Shown one piece after another: positions 12,447 through 25,784 of a stretch of 64,000 nucleotides of DNA. Both the position numbers and the translations under genes were made by a program. The stretch is taken from NCBI GenBank assembly GCA_002104945.1, contig MCFH01000061.1, positions 1-64,000 of the forward strand. The letters run 5' to 3'. The notes under the pieces were generated by a model. The model worked only from the letters and a program-made list of their open reading frames with translations. It had not been told where the DNA came from and made no database searches. Numbering within the stretch: position 1 is the first letter of the stretch; each line of letters starts with the position of its first letter. This stretch comes from Piromyces finnis finn (Eukaryota > Fungi > Neocallimastigomycota).

Positions 12447-13585
12447 ATACTGAAATCTATACTACTATTCCCGAAGGTGATAAAAACTATGGAAAAGGAT
12501 TTTGGAAACTGAATAAGGCTCTATACGGACTCAAACAAAGCGGAAGACAATGGAATGAATACATTTCTACTTTTCTTATTAATCATGGATTTTCTCAATG
12601 CACTTCAGACTATTGCATTTTCTTTAAAATTTTTGATAACCAAATTTCTTGTATTATTGGACTTTACGTTGATGATATGATTATTTGTGGAACAAACCTT
12701 GAACTTATAAATATAATCTCACAAATTAAATCTAAATTTAAAATTTCTAACTGTCAACCTATTCATTATCTATTAGGTATTAAAGTTGAAAACAATAATT
12801 TTTCTTATTCTATTTCACAAAAGCACGTTATTGAAAATATTTTAGACCAATATAATCTCGATAATTGCAGATCTCGAAAAACACCATGTATTGGTGACAA
12901 TGATTCTGAAAACACTAAACCATTTGATACTATCATTTACAAAAGTTTAATTGGTTCTCTTATTTACATTGCTAGATGTACAAGACCAGATATTTCTTTT
13001 GCTGTTCACAAAGCTTCTCGAAAATCTGAACAACCTACTATTTCCGACTACAATAAAGTTATAAATATTATCAAGTATCTTAAAACCACTATAGACTACA
13101 AAATTACTTATGATGGTAATGGAAAAATCATTGCATTCACTGATGCTGATTTTGGGGGAGATAAGATGGATGGAAAATCAACATCAGGATATATAATTCT
13201 TATGGAAAATAATCCAATATGTTGGTGCTCAAATAAACAACAAACTGTTGCTACTTCTACTGCTGAAGCCGAATATATCAGCACTACAGAATGCACAAAG
13301 AAAATTTTATACTTTAGAAATATCCTAGAAGAATTATTCAAATTCAACGAACCAATAATTATTTATATTGACAACTTAGCAAGTAAAAGAGCAATTGAAA
13401 ATGGTGAATTAAATTCCAAACTTAAATACATAAATATAAAATTCCATTTCAATAGAGACAATATTAAAAATAACAAAATTAAACTAGAATATATTGACAC
13501 AAATAATATGTTAGCAGACTTTTTAACAAAAAATATTAATGGATCAAAAATGCAAAAGTTCACTGACATTATATTTAAAAAATAA
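12398..13585 (+). CDS. pol: Copia-2 RT/RNase H (frameshift fragment)
   Basis: LNKALYGLKQSGRQW, LYVDDM, TRPDISF, FTDADFG, EAEY, ADFLTK. Confidence 0.93.
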   Translation: MERLSIGHQTCLHANLDTEIYTTIPEGDKNYGKGFWKLNKALYGLKQSGRQWNEYISTFLINHGFSQCTSDYCIFFKIFDNQISCIIGLYVDDMIICGTNLELINIISQIKSKFKISNCQPIHYLLGIKVENNNFSYSISQKHVIENILDQYNLDNCRSRKTPCIGDNDSENTKPFDTIIYKSLIGSLIYIARCTRPDISFAVHKASRKSEQPTISDYNKVINIIKYLKTTIDYKITYDGNGKIIAFTDADFGGDKMDGKSTSGYIILMENNPICWCSNKQQTVATSTAEAEYISTTECTKKILYFRNILEELFKFNEPIIIYIDNLASKRAIENGELNSKLKYINIKFHFNRDNIKNNKIKLEYIDTNNMLADFLTKNINGSKMQKFTDIIFKK

Positions 13586-13966
13586 CAAAATTTACAAAAA
13601 CTTATAATCAACTTTATTTTATTAATATCTTATATTTTATATTTTACATTCAACTATTTAAATTTTTCAATTTCTTAATCTCTTCAAATTTAATTTTTAC
13701 TTTTCATAAAAAACAAATTTGAGGGGGAGAATGTTAAACATTAATAATTTAACTTAAATCTAGAAATATGTAGAATAGAATAGAATTATGTATTATTAAT
13801 ATATTTAGTCATAGAATATTCTCATGATAAATAATACGCCACAATTCTTAGTATAAATAGAGAATAAATTTATGAACTATTTATGTACTTTGTAATTACC
13901 TTTTTATTAATAATATTAATAAATAAAGTTTATATTAAAAACAATATTATAAATTTTCTCAAAAGT

Positions 13967-14126
13967 TATTTATTATAAAAATTATTAAGGATTAAGGTCA
14001 TATCTTAACCTTTTCTAAATTTTTAAATATTTCTTAATATAATTTTATAATTTATTTGAAATTTTATAAGTAATTTCACAATTTCAAGTTATCTTGAAAC
14101 TGCAGATTTCACTAGTATTCGTGACA
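13967..14126. mobile_element. Family A LTR, tRNA-proximal part (ends ...TTCGTGACA)
   Basis: Reverse complement of the TGTCACGAATACTAG terminus shared with 19473, 58081 and 62936. Confidence 0.85.
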
Positions 14127-14131
14127 CATCT

Positions 14132-15115
14132 TGTTAAGTTTTGGGGTTTGGTTATGCGGCCAGGTCAGAATGTTTTAACTATATAGTAAAAAATATTTTT
14201 TAAGAAATTAAATTTAAATATAAAATAACACACTTTAAACTTCCAAATGAAAAATTAATATTTATTTTTTAAAATAACTTTTTATAAAATTTTATTTATT
14301 TAGTAATAATAATATAAATGATAATATATTTAATAACTATATAATTAAGATTATAACTATAATCTTTACAAAGAATTAAAATCGAATTCAATTCATTCTA
14401 TTTTATATTCTTTGTTCAGATTATTATATTGATAAAAATAAAGTATTACATGTAATATATTAATAACATAATAAGATTGTTTGTTTGTTTGTTTGTCATG
14501 ACATACAAATAAAATAAACATATGATTAATCATTTAAACACTTGATCCGTTAACCTAATTTATAATAATTAGAATTATTTAATTTATAGATGTTAACTGT
14601 TACACCTAAATGGTTTAGTTCTATTTTTAGTAATAGTCATTATCATTAATTAAATTAATATAATTAAAATTCCTATTGATAAATTTTTAATTTTCGTAAA
14701 GTCATAAGAAATATTTATGATCCATACTTGATATCATATTGATTCTAATTTACCTATTAAAATCTTTGAATGATCTTCTTTAAATGATCAGTTAGAAGGA
14801 CTGCGATTGTACCAAAATATAGCTTTTTCCCTAAGCTTTCTAATAAACTTGGTTTCATAGCCGTAGTACTTACAGTCGTAGCGTTCGTTTTTGGCGAGTT
14901 ATGCCTTGTTTCGTGTTTGTTTATTTTTAGCTAAGGGTTATAGTGTATTGATATTAAATTTTTGAAATCATAACCCTTTCACTGAATCAAAATTTAAAAG
15001 GTGATTTTTAAAGGTGTTTTAAAATAATTATTGAAATTATTTAATTATAATTATTATGTTTAATTAATTATAGATATTATCTGAATTTGTTTTAAATCCA
15101 GTTAATATCTTCACA
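14132..15115. mobile_element. Family C solo LTR (984 bp); mirror 27045-28028
   Basis: TGTTAAG...CTTCACA termini; perfect TSD CATCT at 14127-14131 and 15116-15120; third copy at 61936-62927. Confidence 0.88.
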
Positions 15116-15181
15116 CATCTAACCTCGTGGGATTATATAATTTGTATTTAAGATTGGTTGTTAGCAAAAAAATTTTGACCA

Positions 15182-15274
15182 GCTCGTGTAGCCTAGAGGT
15201 TTAAGGCGTCGTGCTTATAAGGGTGATCCTCTTATGCAACGCGAAGATCGCGGGTTCGACCCCCGCCATGAGCA
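15182..15274 (+). tRNA. tRNA-Ile: tRNA-Ile(UAU) with 19-nt intron (15220-15238)
   Basis: GCTCGTG/CATGAGC acceptor stem; TCGTG-CT-TAT-A^A-CGCGA anticodon arm; GGTTCGACCC T-loop; same layout as yeast tRNA-Ile(UAU). Confidence 0.93.
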
Positions 15275-15899
15275 AATAATTTTTAGTTTAACTTTATTTT
15301 TTGTTTTTATTTTATATTCCTAAATTAATATTGTATATTAAAGAATAATAATTTGATTTTAAATATATAATAGGCGTAAAAATATAAATATAAAGTAAAA
15401 TGCAAATTGAATACAGTTCATGTATTAAAAAATTTATTAACTTAATATTAATAATACTATTTATAACATATTTCTTATTGAAAAAAAAATTTATTTTAAA
15501 ACTACACTAAAGTTATTAAACAAATTTTAATTAAATAAAAACTTTTTAAAATTATTTTGAATATTTAAAATATTTGAAATATTTGAATTTAACTAAAATT
15601 CTTATATTTTATAATTTAAATATCTATTTTTATTTAACTTTAATTAAATTATTCTTAAATAATTAATTATTAAATAATCAAAAAATATATATTATGACTT
15701 CACAATTATATAAATTTAAAAATTCAGAAAAACTTAATATCTGACACATAAAATTCTCGCCTGTAAAGATATTACTTGTCTTTAATTATTTAATAAATTA
15801 AATCATTATATTTAATTAATTAAGCGTAAAATATTTTATACTATTTTAATATTATATTAATCTATGTTTATAATATTTATTGTAATATTCAATTATATT

Positions 15900-16370
15900 A
15901 TTAAATAATGTTTTTATGTTTATTTCATATCAGTTGGGTGACTTGAAATGACTTTAATTATGTAAATTAATATTAATCACTTTAATATATATTAATAGGA
16001 ACTAGATAAATCTTTAAGTAAGCATATTTCTTGAACCGACAGGTGGTTTAAAATAGTTAATAATTTATGAGAATATAAATTTTTACTAGAGCTTCCCAAC
16101 AAGGTTGGTATGACGTCTTTAATAAATGAAAAAAAGATGCAATATTTAAAAATTACGCCTTCTTTCGAGTATTGTAATTTTCTCTATAGAGTTAATTTAT
16201 TGAATATACTAAATTTTTATGAGTTTTAACCCTTTTCATTATTAAAATTTTTCAAAGTAACCTTTTAATTATTTTTAAAAGTATTTTATAATTTTTGAAA
16301 TATAAAATTGATTTTTAAATTGTCTATTTGAATGTTTAATTTATTTATTAATCGTCTTTTATTCTTGACA
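15900..16370. mobile_element. Family B LTR, partial (left boundary approximate); mirror from 25790
   Basis: Homologous to 17100-17557; ends ATTCTTGACA. Confidence 0.6.
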
Positions 16371-16375
16371 CAACT

Positions 16376-17557
16376 TGTAAAGTAGACTTGGGGTGGTACG
16401 CAACTTAGTTAGAATGTTCTATATTATAATATAGCTTAATTTAATAATAAAATATTAAACTTGTTTATTATTAAATTTTTTCTTTAAAACGATTAAAGAA
16501 TCTAATCAATACTAATTTTAAAATTAAATGGTTTTTTATAATTAATATAAATTTTTTTATTTGATATAAATTATTTATAAAATTTATTTATTAATTAAAA
16601 TAATATTTATTAAGTTATATTATAATAAATACTAATTAATAATTAATAATTTTTCAAAGAATTTCAAAATGATTTTAATTCTTTGTTTAAATACTTTTTC
16701 TTAAAATTAATAAAATTACATTGATATTAATAATAAAGATAAGAATTAAATAATTTTTAAATTAAAATATTAATAATTGATATTGATATTAATAATATGA
16801 ATTCATATGATATATCCTAAAATTAATCTTTTAAATTACTTTTAAATAAAAAGTATTGTTTTAATCATATTAAATTGTAAATATTTAATATTATAAATCG
16901 AGAATAGCAATTGCTGATACTAACTATATATTCTCATAATTAATTAAGTAATAATTATTACTAATGATTTTTGATCAAAAGGTTTCTTGGTTTGATTATG
17001 ATTGAGGTTATTAATCAAAAATTATTTGAAAAATTATTAATTAACTTTTATAATTGATTAGGTTTGTAATCAAGAATATTTATTATCTAATCTTATTTAA
17101 TAATAATGAAGAATTTTTAAATTAAACCATTTATAGAAAGTTGGATGACTTGAATAATGACTTTAATTATATAAATTAATATTGATCATTCATTTTAATA
17201 TATATTAATTGAAATTAATTAAATCTTTAAATCTTTAGAACTAGTGATCTAAAATAGCTGAAAATTTGTGAAGATATAGATCTTGACTCGTACTTTCTAA
17301 CAAAGTTAGTTTGACGTACCTAGAAAATGAAAATAGAACATGAGATTCAGAAGTTACCATTGGTTTTATATAATGTATTTTTTACTCAAGGGTTAATGTA
17401 TTGAAGATTAAATCTTTTGGATCCTTAATCCTTTTCAATATTAAATTTTTTCCAAAGTGTCCTCTTAATTATTTTATAATTTTTGAAATATGAAATTAAT
17501 TTTTAGGTTATTGTTTGAATATTTGATTTATTTGTTAATCGTCTTCTATTCTTGACA
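16376..17557. mobile_element. Family B solo LTR (1182 bp); mirror 24603-25784
   Basis: TGTAAAG...TTCTTGACA; preceded by CAACT and followed by (CA)ACT. Confidence 0.82.
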
Positions 17558-17621
17558 ACTAACCTCGTGGGATTAAATAATTTGTATTTAAGATTGGTTG
17601 TTAGCAAAAAAAATTTGACCA

Positions 17622-17714
17622 GCTCGTGTAGCCTAGAGGTTTAAGGCGTCGTGCTTATAAGGGTGATCCTCTTATGCAACGCGAAGATCGCGGGTTCGAC
17701 CCCCGCCATGAGCA
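17622..17714 (+). tRNA. tRNA-Ile: tRNA-Ile(UAU), intron-containing
   Basis: Identical to 15182-15274. Confidence 0.93.
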
Positions 17715-19313
17715 AATAATTTTTAGTTTAACTTTATTTTTTGTTTTTATTTTATATTCCTAAATTAATATTGTATATTAAAGAATAATAATTTGATTTT
17801 AAATATATGATAGGCATATAAAAATATAGATATATAGTATTATATTACATTTAAAATATCTAATGACTAAAAATTAATTATTGGTATAACAAATTATATC
17901 TGAAACCTACTGAATAAAATTTATGGAATAATAATTCATTTAAAAATGCCAGAATTAAAATATAATATATAATTAAGAAAAATATTTAAATTTAAGGAAA
18001 AAAGAAATTTTTATTTAATTTAAATATTTCAAATAATTATAAATACTTTTATTTAACTTTGAATTAGTTTATTAACTTTAGTTTAATTTTAAAAATGGAA
18101 TATTTTATTTTTCAATAGGTAATATATCGTCATGATCAGATTACTGATACTATATATATATATATATATATATAATACATAGATTGTATTAAATCTGAGG
18201 ATTACTTGAATTAAATCAAAAGTATACTTAATTAATTAATTAGGTTAGCCCTGCTTATTGTATATTAAATATGTATAATTAAACAGAAATATATTATGAC
18301 TATAAAAATATTAAACAAAAACCCGGATTTAAACTTAATACAAACTATTTTTAATAATACAAAGATTAAAAGAATATAAATAAATTATTAAATTTTTATT
18401 ATTATTATTATTATCTTGTTAATTACTCTTAATAATAAGATTATTAACTATATAATACTTAATTATCAATAACAACTACATTAATTTTATTATTCTATTT
18501 AAACAACATATAATTAATATAGATAAATAAAACTAAACTAAAACTAATTAATTATACTTTTAATTCAATTCCGGCAAACTTAAAACTGAATAAAGCCCAT
18601 GTATAATCTAAAAATTAATTTAATATTACTAATACTATTCATAATATATCTCTTATTGAAATATTGAAATATAAACAAATATGTTTTTAAAACTATGGTA
18701 AAATTATTAATTTATTCTAAAATTAAATAAAAATATTTAAAATTATTTAAAATATTTAAGATACTTGAAGTGTTTAAACTTAACTAAAATTATTTTATTC
18801 CTTAAATTTAAATATTTATCTTAATTCAATTTTAACCTAAATTATTCTCTAAAATTTTATTAAATATTAATTTATTATTTAATAACTAATTATTAATTAT
18901 TAAATAATATATTAAAAAACTTATTTTAAAACTAAATATTGAACTATATATTAAAAATATTATTATAATACATTAACATATCTATTTTGAAATTAAACTA
19001 AAGTCATTAAACGAATTTAAAATTAAGTAAAAAGTTTTTATATTTAATCCGAAAATATTCCTAATATATTATATAAATTATCTAGATTGAGATGAAATTA
19101 TTATTTTTAAATAATTATAGTTGTAGTCCTTTTATAAAATTGACATAATTATAAAATCTAAATTAAGAATATCTAATATACTGTTTATATATGTATATTA
19201 TATATATTATATTATCCTTATCATATATTTGAAGAATTATATTCTTGCTCTTTAAATTTGTAATATTAGTTTAGGTGATATAAAATAAAAATAAAGAAAA
19301 AATAAAATTTATT

Positions 19314-19406
19314 TGCTCATGGCGGGGGTCGAACCCGCGATCTTCGCGTTGCATAAGAGGATCACCCTTATAAGCACGACGCCTTAAACCTCTAGGCTAC
19401 ACGAGC
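19314..19406 (-). tRNA. tRNA-Ile: tRNA-Ile(UAU), intron-containing
   Basis: Reverse complement of 15182-15274. Confidence 0.93.
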
Positions 19407-19472
19407 TGGTCAAAATTTTTTTGCTAACAACCAATCTTAAATACAAATTATTTAATCCCACGAGGTTAGATG

Positions 19473-20483
19473 TGTCACGAATACTAGGGAAATCTGCAAT
19501 TTCAAGATCACTTGAAATTGTGAAATTACTTATAAAATTTCAAATAAATTATAAAATTATATTAAGAAATATTTAAAAATTTAGAAAAGGTTAAGATATG
19601 ACCTTAATCCTTAATAATTTTTATAATAAATAACTCTAACCCTTATCGTCATAATTTAATAACAAAAAACAATCGTATCTCCTCAACAAATGGTGGTTTT
19701 GGATAATTGTGTTTTCGGTAATTGTACGTTCGTTAGAAAGCCACGCTCGAGATAAATAACATATCTTAAAATCAGGTCAATATCTCTGCTGGTTCACGAG
19801 ATATTCCAATTTAAAGATATTTTGTTAATAATGATTAATTGTTTATTCAGAGAATGATCACCCTTGATGTATCAAACATAAATCATTCACCCAAAAGGAT
19901 ATAAATTATTGTTTTAATTAAATTAAAATTATTTTCTCGAACTAATTAACTTTATTTTACAATAATTATTTCAATAACATAACTTATAATCTTTGAATTA
20001 AAAGATTATAATTATTAATATTTTATGCAATGAATTATATTATAATTAAGAAATAATTAATATTATTAATATTATAAACAATAGTTATTTTCAATAATTA
20101 GTAATAATCTTAAGTTTAGTTTTAGTATTATAAAATATATTATAAATATAATCATGCATTGAAAAGTGATTTCATTATTAAATGTAATTTTATAAATAGT
20201 TTAGAATATTTTATAAATTTAAATCTTTTGTAAAGATTATTAACAATAATTAATACTTAATGAGTATTACTATTAAATAATCTTATTATTATATTCTTTA
20301 TTAATATTTTATTTAAATAAAATAAAAAGGAATTATTTTAACCACAATATATAATTTAATTATTCGTCTATAAAACAATTAAGATTATTTTAATTAAACA
20401 TTTTTTCTAACCTAGTTATCTTTTAATCTTTTATTTAATTTAATATTTTAATGTTAAATTATAAGCTTAGTAAAAATTTTACA
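19473..20483. mobile_element. Family A solo LTR (1011 bp), left-arm copy
   Basis: TGTCACGA...TTTTACA termini; mirror of 21677-22687. Confidence 0.85.
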
Positions 20484-20486
20484 TCT

Positions 20487-21671
20487 TTTAAAATAAGCAT
20501 TAATTGATATGTAACTTAATCAGAATATTTTATATATCATAACTTAATTTAGCAATGAAATATTAAACTTATTTATTATTAAACATTTTCTTTAAAACTT
20601 ATTAAAGAATAATTCTAATTAAAAAATTAAATAGATTTTTGTATTTAAAATAAAAATTTTAATATAATTTAATTATGAAATTAATTTATTAATTGTTTAT
20701 TTAATAAGTTATGTTAGATTATAGTTAATAATTAATAATCTTACAAAGAATTTCAAAAATGATTTCAATTCTTTGTTTAAATATTTTTTCTTAAAATTAA
20801 TAAAATTACATTGATATTAATAATAAAGATAAGAATTAAATTATTTTTAAATTAAAATATTAATAATTGATATTGATATTAATAATATGAATTCATATGA
20901 TATATCCTAAAATTAATATTTTAAATTACTTTTAAATAAAAAGTATTATTTTAACTATATTAAATTGTAAATATTTAATATTATAAATTGAGAATAAAAA
21001 TTGCTGATACTAATTGTATATTCTAATAAATAATTAATTAATAATTATAACAAATGATTTAGATCAAAAGGATTTTTTGGTTTGATTATGATTGAGGTTA
21101 TTAATCAAAAATTATTTGAAAAATTATTAATTAACTTTTATAATTGATTAGGTTTGTAATCAAGAATATTTATTATCTAATCTTATTTAATAATAATGGA
21201 GAATTTTAAAATTGAATTATTTATAGAAAGTTGGATGACTTGAAAAATGACTTTAATTATATAAATTAATATTAATAATTTTAATATATATTAATTGAAT
21301 TAGTTGAAACTAATTAAATCTTTAAATAGCCATATCTCCAGAACTAGTATTTTAAATTAGCTGAAATTTTGTATGATTATAGATTTTTACTTGTACTTTC
21401 TAACAAAATTGGTTTGACATCCAAAGAAAAATAGAAATAGGACGCGATATTCCGAGGTTATCAGTAGTTTCGTATAATTTATTTTTTACTCAAGTGTTAA
21501 TTTATTGAAATTTAAATTTTTGTGATCCTTAACCCTTTCTCATATTCAATTTTTCAAAGTGATCTTTTAATTATTTTTAAAAGTATTTTATAATTTTTGA
21601 AATATAAATTTGTTTTTAAATTGTTTATTTGAATATTTAATTTATTTATTTACCGTCTTCTATTCTTGACA
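20487..21671. mobile_element. Family B solo LTR (1185 bp) forming the palindrome spacer
   Basis: Aligns end to end with 16376-17557 (degenerate start TTTAAAATA, end TTCTTGACA); flanked by CATCT at 20482-20486 and 21672-21676. Confidence 0.8.
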
Positions 21672-21676
21672 CATCT

Positions 21677-22687
21677 CGTAAAATTTTTACTAAGCTTATA
21701 ATTTAACATTAAAATATTAAATTAAATAAAAGATTAAAAGATAACTAGGTTAGAAAAAATGTTTAATTAAAATAATCTTAATTGTTTTATAGACGAATAA
21801 TTAAATTATATATTGTGGTTAAAATAATTCCTTTTTATTTTATTTAAATAAAATATTAATAAAGAATATAATAATAAGATTATTTAATAGTAATACTCAT
21901 TAAGTATTAATTATTGTTAATAATCTTTACAAAAGATTTAAATTTATAAAATATTCTAAACTATTTATAAAATTACATTTAATAATGAAATCACTTTTCA
22001 ATGCATGATTATATTTATAATATATTTTATAATACTAAAACTAAACTTAAGATTATTACTAATTATTGAAAATAACTATTGTTTATAATATTAATAATAT
22101 TAATTATTTCTTAATTATAATATAATTCATTGCATAAAATATTAATAATTATAATCTTTTAATTCAAAGATTATAAGTTATGTTATTGAAATAATTATTG
22201 TAAAATAAAGTTAATTAGTTCGAGAAAATAATTTTAATTTAATTAAAACAATAATTTATATCCTTTTGGGTGAATGATTTATGTTTGATACATCAAGGGT
22301 GATCATTCTCTGAATAAACAATTAATCATTATTAACAAAATATCTTTAAATTGGAATATCTCGTGAACCAGCAGAGATATTGACCTGATTTTAAGATATG
22401 TTATTTATCTCGAGCGTGGCTTTCTAACGAACGTACAATTACCGAAAACACAATTATCCAAAACCACCATTTGTTGAGGAGATACGATTGTTTTTTGTTA
22501 TTAAATTATGACGATAAGGGTTAGAGTTATTTATTATAAAAATTATTAAGGATTAAGGTCATATCTTAACCTTTTCTAAATTTTTAAATATTTCTTAATA
22601 TAATTTTATAATTTATTTGAAATTTTATAAGTAATTTCACAATTTCAAGTGATCTTGAAATTGCAGATTTCCCTAGTATTCGTGACA
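21677..22687. mobile_element. Family A solo LTR with perfect TSD
   Basis: (C)GTAAAA...TTCGTGACA, flanked by CATCT at 21672-21676 and 22688-22692. Confidence 0.87.
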
Positions 22688-22753
22688 CATCTAACCTCGT
22701 GGGATTAAATAATTTGTATTTAAGATTGGTTGTTAGCAAAAAAATTTTGACCA

Positions 22754-22846
22754 GCTCGTGTAGCCTAGAGGTTTAAGGCGTCGTGCTTATAAGGGTGATC
22801 CTCTTATGCAACGCGAAGATCGCGGGTTCGACCCCCGCCATGAGCA
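22754..22846 (+). tRNA. tRNA-Ile: tRNA-Ile(UAU), intron-containing
   Basis: Identical copy; mirror of 19314-19406. Confidence 0.93.
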
Positions 22847-24445
22847 AATAAATTTTATTTTTTCTTTATTTTTATTTTATATCACCTAAACTAATATTAC
22901 AAATTTAAAGAGCAAGAATATAATTCTTCAAATATATGATAAGGATAATATAATATATATAATATACATATATAAACAGTATATTAGATATTCTTAATTT
23001 AGATTTTATAATTATGTCAATTTTATAAAAGGACTACAACTATAATTATTTAAAAATAATAATTTCATCTCAATCTAGATAATTTATATAATATATTAGG
23101 AATATTTTCGGATTAAATATAAAAACTTTTTACTTAATTTTAAATTCGTTTAATGACTTTAGTTTAATTTCAAAATAGATATGTTAATGTATTATAATAA
23201 TATTTTTAATATATAGTTCAATATTTAGTTTTAAAATAAGTTTTTTAATATATTATTTAATAATTAATAATTAGTTATTAAATAATAAATTAATATTTAA
23301 TAAAATTTTAGAGAATAATTTAGGTTAAAATTGAATTAAGATAAATATTTAAATTTAAGGAATAAAATAATTTTAGTTAAGTTTAAACACTTCAAGTATC
23401 TTAAATATTTTAAATAATTTTAAATATTTTTATTTAATTTTAGAATAAATTAATAATTTTACCATAGTTTTAAAAACATATTTGTTTATATTTCAATATT
23501 TCAATAAGAGATATATTATGAATAGTATTAGTAATATTAAATTAATTTTTAGATTATACATGGGCTTTATTCAGTTTTAAGTTTGCCGGAATTGAATTAA
23601 AAGTATAATTAATTAGTTTTAGTTTAGTTTTATTTATCTATATTAATTATATGTTGTTTAAATAGAATAATAAAATTAATGTAGTTGTTATTGATAATTA
23701 AGTATTATATAGTTAATAATCTTATTATTAAGAGTAATTAACAAGATAATAATAATAATAATAAAAATTTAATAATTTATTTATATTCTTTTAATCTTTG
23801 TATTATTAAAAATAGTTTGTATTAAGTTTAAATCCGGGTTTTTGTTTAATATTTTTATAGTCATAATATATTTCTGTTTAATTATACATATTTAATATAC
23901 AATAAGCAGGGCTAACCTAATTAATTAATTAAGTATACTTTTGATTTAATTCAAGTAATCCTCAGATTTAATACAATCTATGTATTATATATATATATAT
24001 ATATATATAGTATCAGTAATCTGATCATGACGATATATTACCTATTGAAAAATAAAATATTCCATTTTTAAAATTAAACTAAAGTTAATAAACTAATTCA
24101 AAGTTAAATAAAAGTATTTATAATTATTTGAAATATTTAAATTAAATAAAAATTTCTTTTTTCCTTAAATTTAAATATTTTTCTTAATTATATATTATAT
24201 TTTAATTCTGGCATTTTTAAATGAATTATTATTCCATAAATTTTATTCAGTAGGTTTCAGATATAATTTGTTATACCAATAATTAATTTTTAGTCATTAG
24301 ATATTTTAAATGTAATATAATACTATATATCTATATTTTTATATGCCTATCATATATTTAAAATCAAATTATTATTCTTTAATATACAATATTAATTTAG
24401 GAATATAAAATAAAAACAAAAAATAAAGTTAAACTAAAAATTATT

Positions 24446-24538
24446 TGCTCATGGCGGGGGTCGAACCCGCGATCTTCGCGTTGCATAAGAGGATCACCCT
24501 TATAAGCACGACGCCTTAAACCTCTAGGCTACACGAGC
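24446..24538 (-). tRNA. tRNA-Ile: tRNA-Ile(UAU), intron-containing
   Basis: Mirror of 17622-17714. Confidence 0.93.
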
Positions 24539-24602
24539 TGGTCAAATTTTTTTTGCTAACAACCAATCTTAAATACAAATTATTTAATCCCACGAGGTTA
24601 GT

Positions 24603-25784
24603 TGTCAAGAATAGAAGACGATTAACAAATAAATCAAATATTCAAACAATAACCTAAAAATTAATTTCATATTTCAAAAATTATAAAATAATTAAGAGGA
24701 CACTTTGGAAAAAATTTAATATTGAAAAGGATTAAGGATCCAAAAGATTTAATCTTCAATACATTAACCCTTGAGTAAAAAATACATTATATAAAACCAA
24801 TGGTAACTTCTGAATCTCATGTTCTATTTTCATTTTCTAGGTACGTCAAACTAACTTTGTTAGAAAGTACGAGTCAAGATCTATATCTTCACAAATTTTC
24901 AGCTATTTTAGATCACTAGTTCTAAAGATTTAAAGATTTAATTAATTTCAATTAATATATATTAAAATGAATGATCAATATTAATTTATATAATTAAAGT
25001 CATTATTCAAGTCATCCAACTTTCTATAAATGGTTTAATTTAAAAATTCTTCATTATTATTAAATAAGATTAGATAATAAATATTCTTGATTACAAACCT
25101 AATCAATTATAAAAGTTAATTAATAATTTTTCAAATAATTTTTGATTAATAACCTCAATCATAATCAAACCAAGAAACCTTTTGATCAAAAATCATTAGT
25201 AATAATTATTACTTAATTAATTATGAGAATATATAGTTAGTATCAGCAATTGCTATTCTCGATTTATAATATTAAATATTTACAATTTAATATGATTAAA
25301 ACAATACTTTTTATTTAAAAGTAATTTAAAAGATTAATTTTAGGATATATCATATGAATTCATATTATTAATATCAATATCAATTATTAATATTTTAATT
25401 TAAAAATTATTTAATTCTTATCTTTATTATTAATATCAATGTAATTTTATTAATTTTAAGAAAAAGTATTTAAACAAAGAATTAAAATCATTTTGAAATT
25501 CTTTGAAAAATTATTAATTATTAATTAGTATTTATTATAATATAACTTAATAAATATTATTTTAATTAATAAATAAATTTTATAAATAATTTATATCAAA
25601 TAAAAAAATTTATATTAATTATAAAAAACCATTTAATTTTAAAATTAGTATTGATTAGATTCTTTAATCGTTTTAAAGAAAAAATTTAATAATAAACAAG
25701 TTTAATATTTTATTATTAAATTAAGCTATATTATAATATAGAACATTCTAACTAAGTTGCGTACCACCCCAAGTCTACTTTACA
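24603..25784. mobile_element. Family B solo LTR (mirror copy)
   Basis: Reverse complement of 16376-17557. Confidence 0.82.

Larger units (their letters stand above)
8823..13961 (+). mobile_element. Copia-2: full-length Ty1/copia LTR retrotransposon
   Basis: 230-bp LTRs at 8823-9052 and 13732-13961 (2 differences); TSD AAAGT (8818-8822, 13962-13966); PPT GAGGGGGAGAA 13721-13731; gag-PR-IN-RT-RH order. Confidence 0.97.

Noticed and set aside
19660-19810. GC-richer core of families A/B/C as a possible hammerhead ribozyme (retrozyme)
   Set aside because: I did not find the CUGANGA and GAAA catalytic boxes in the required arrangement; a covariance-model search would be needed to exclude it fully.
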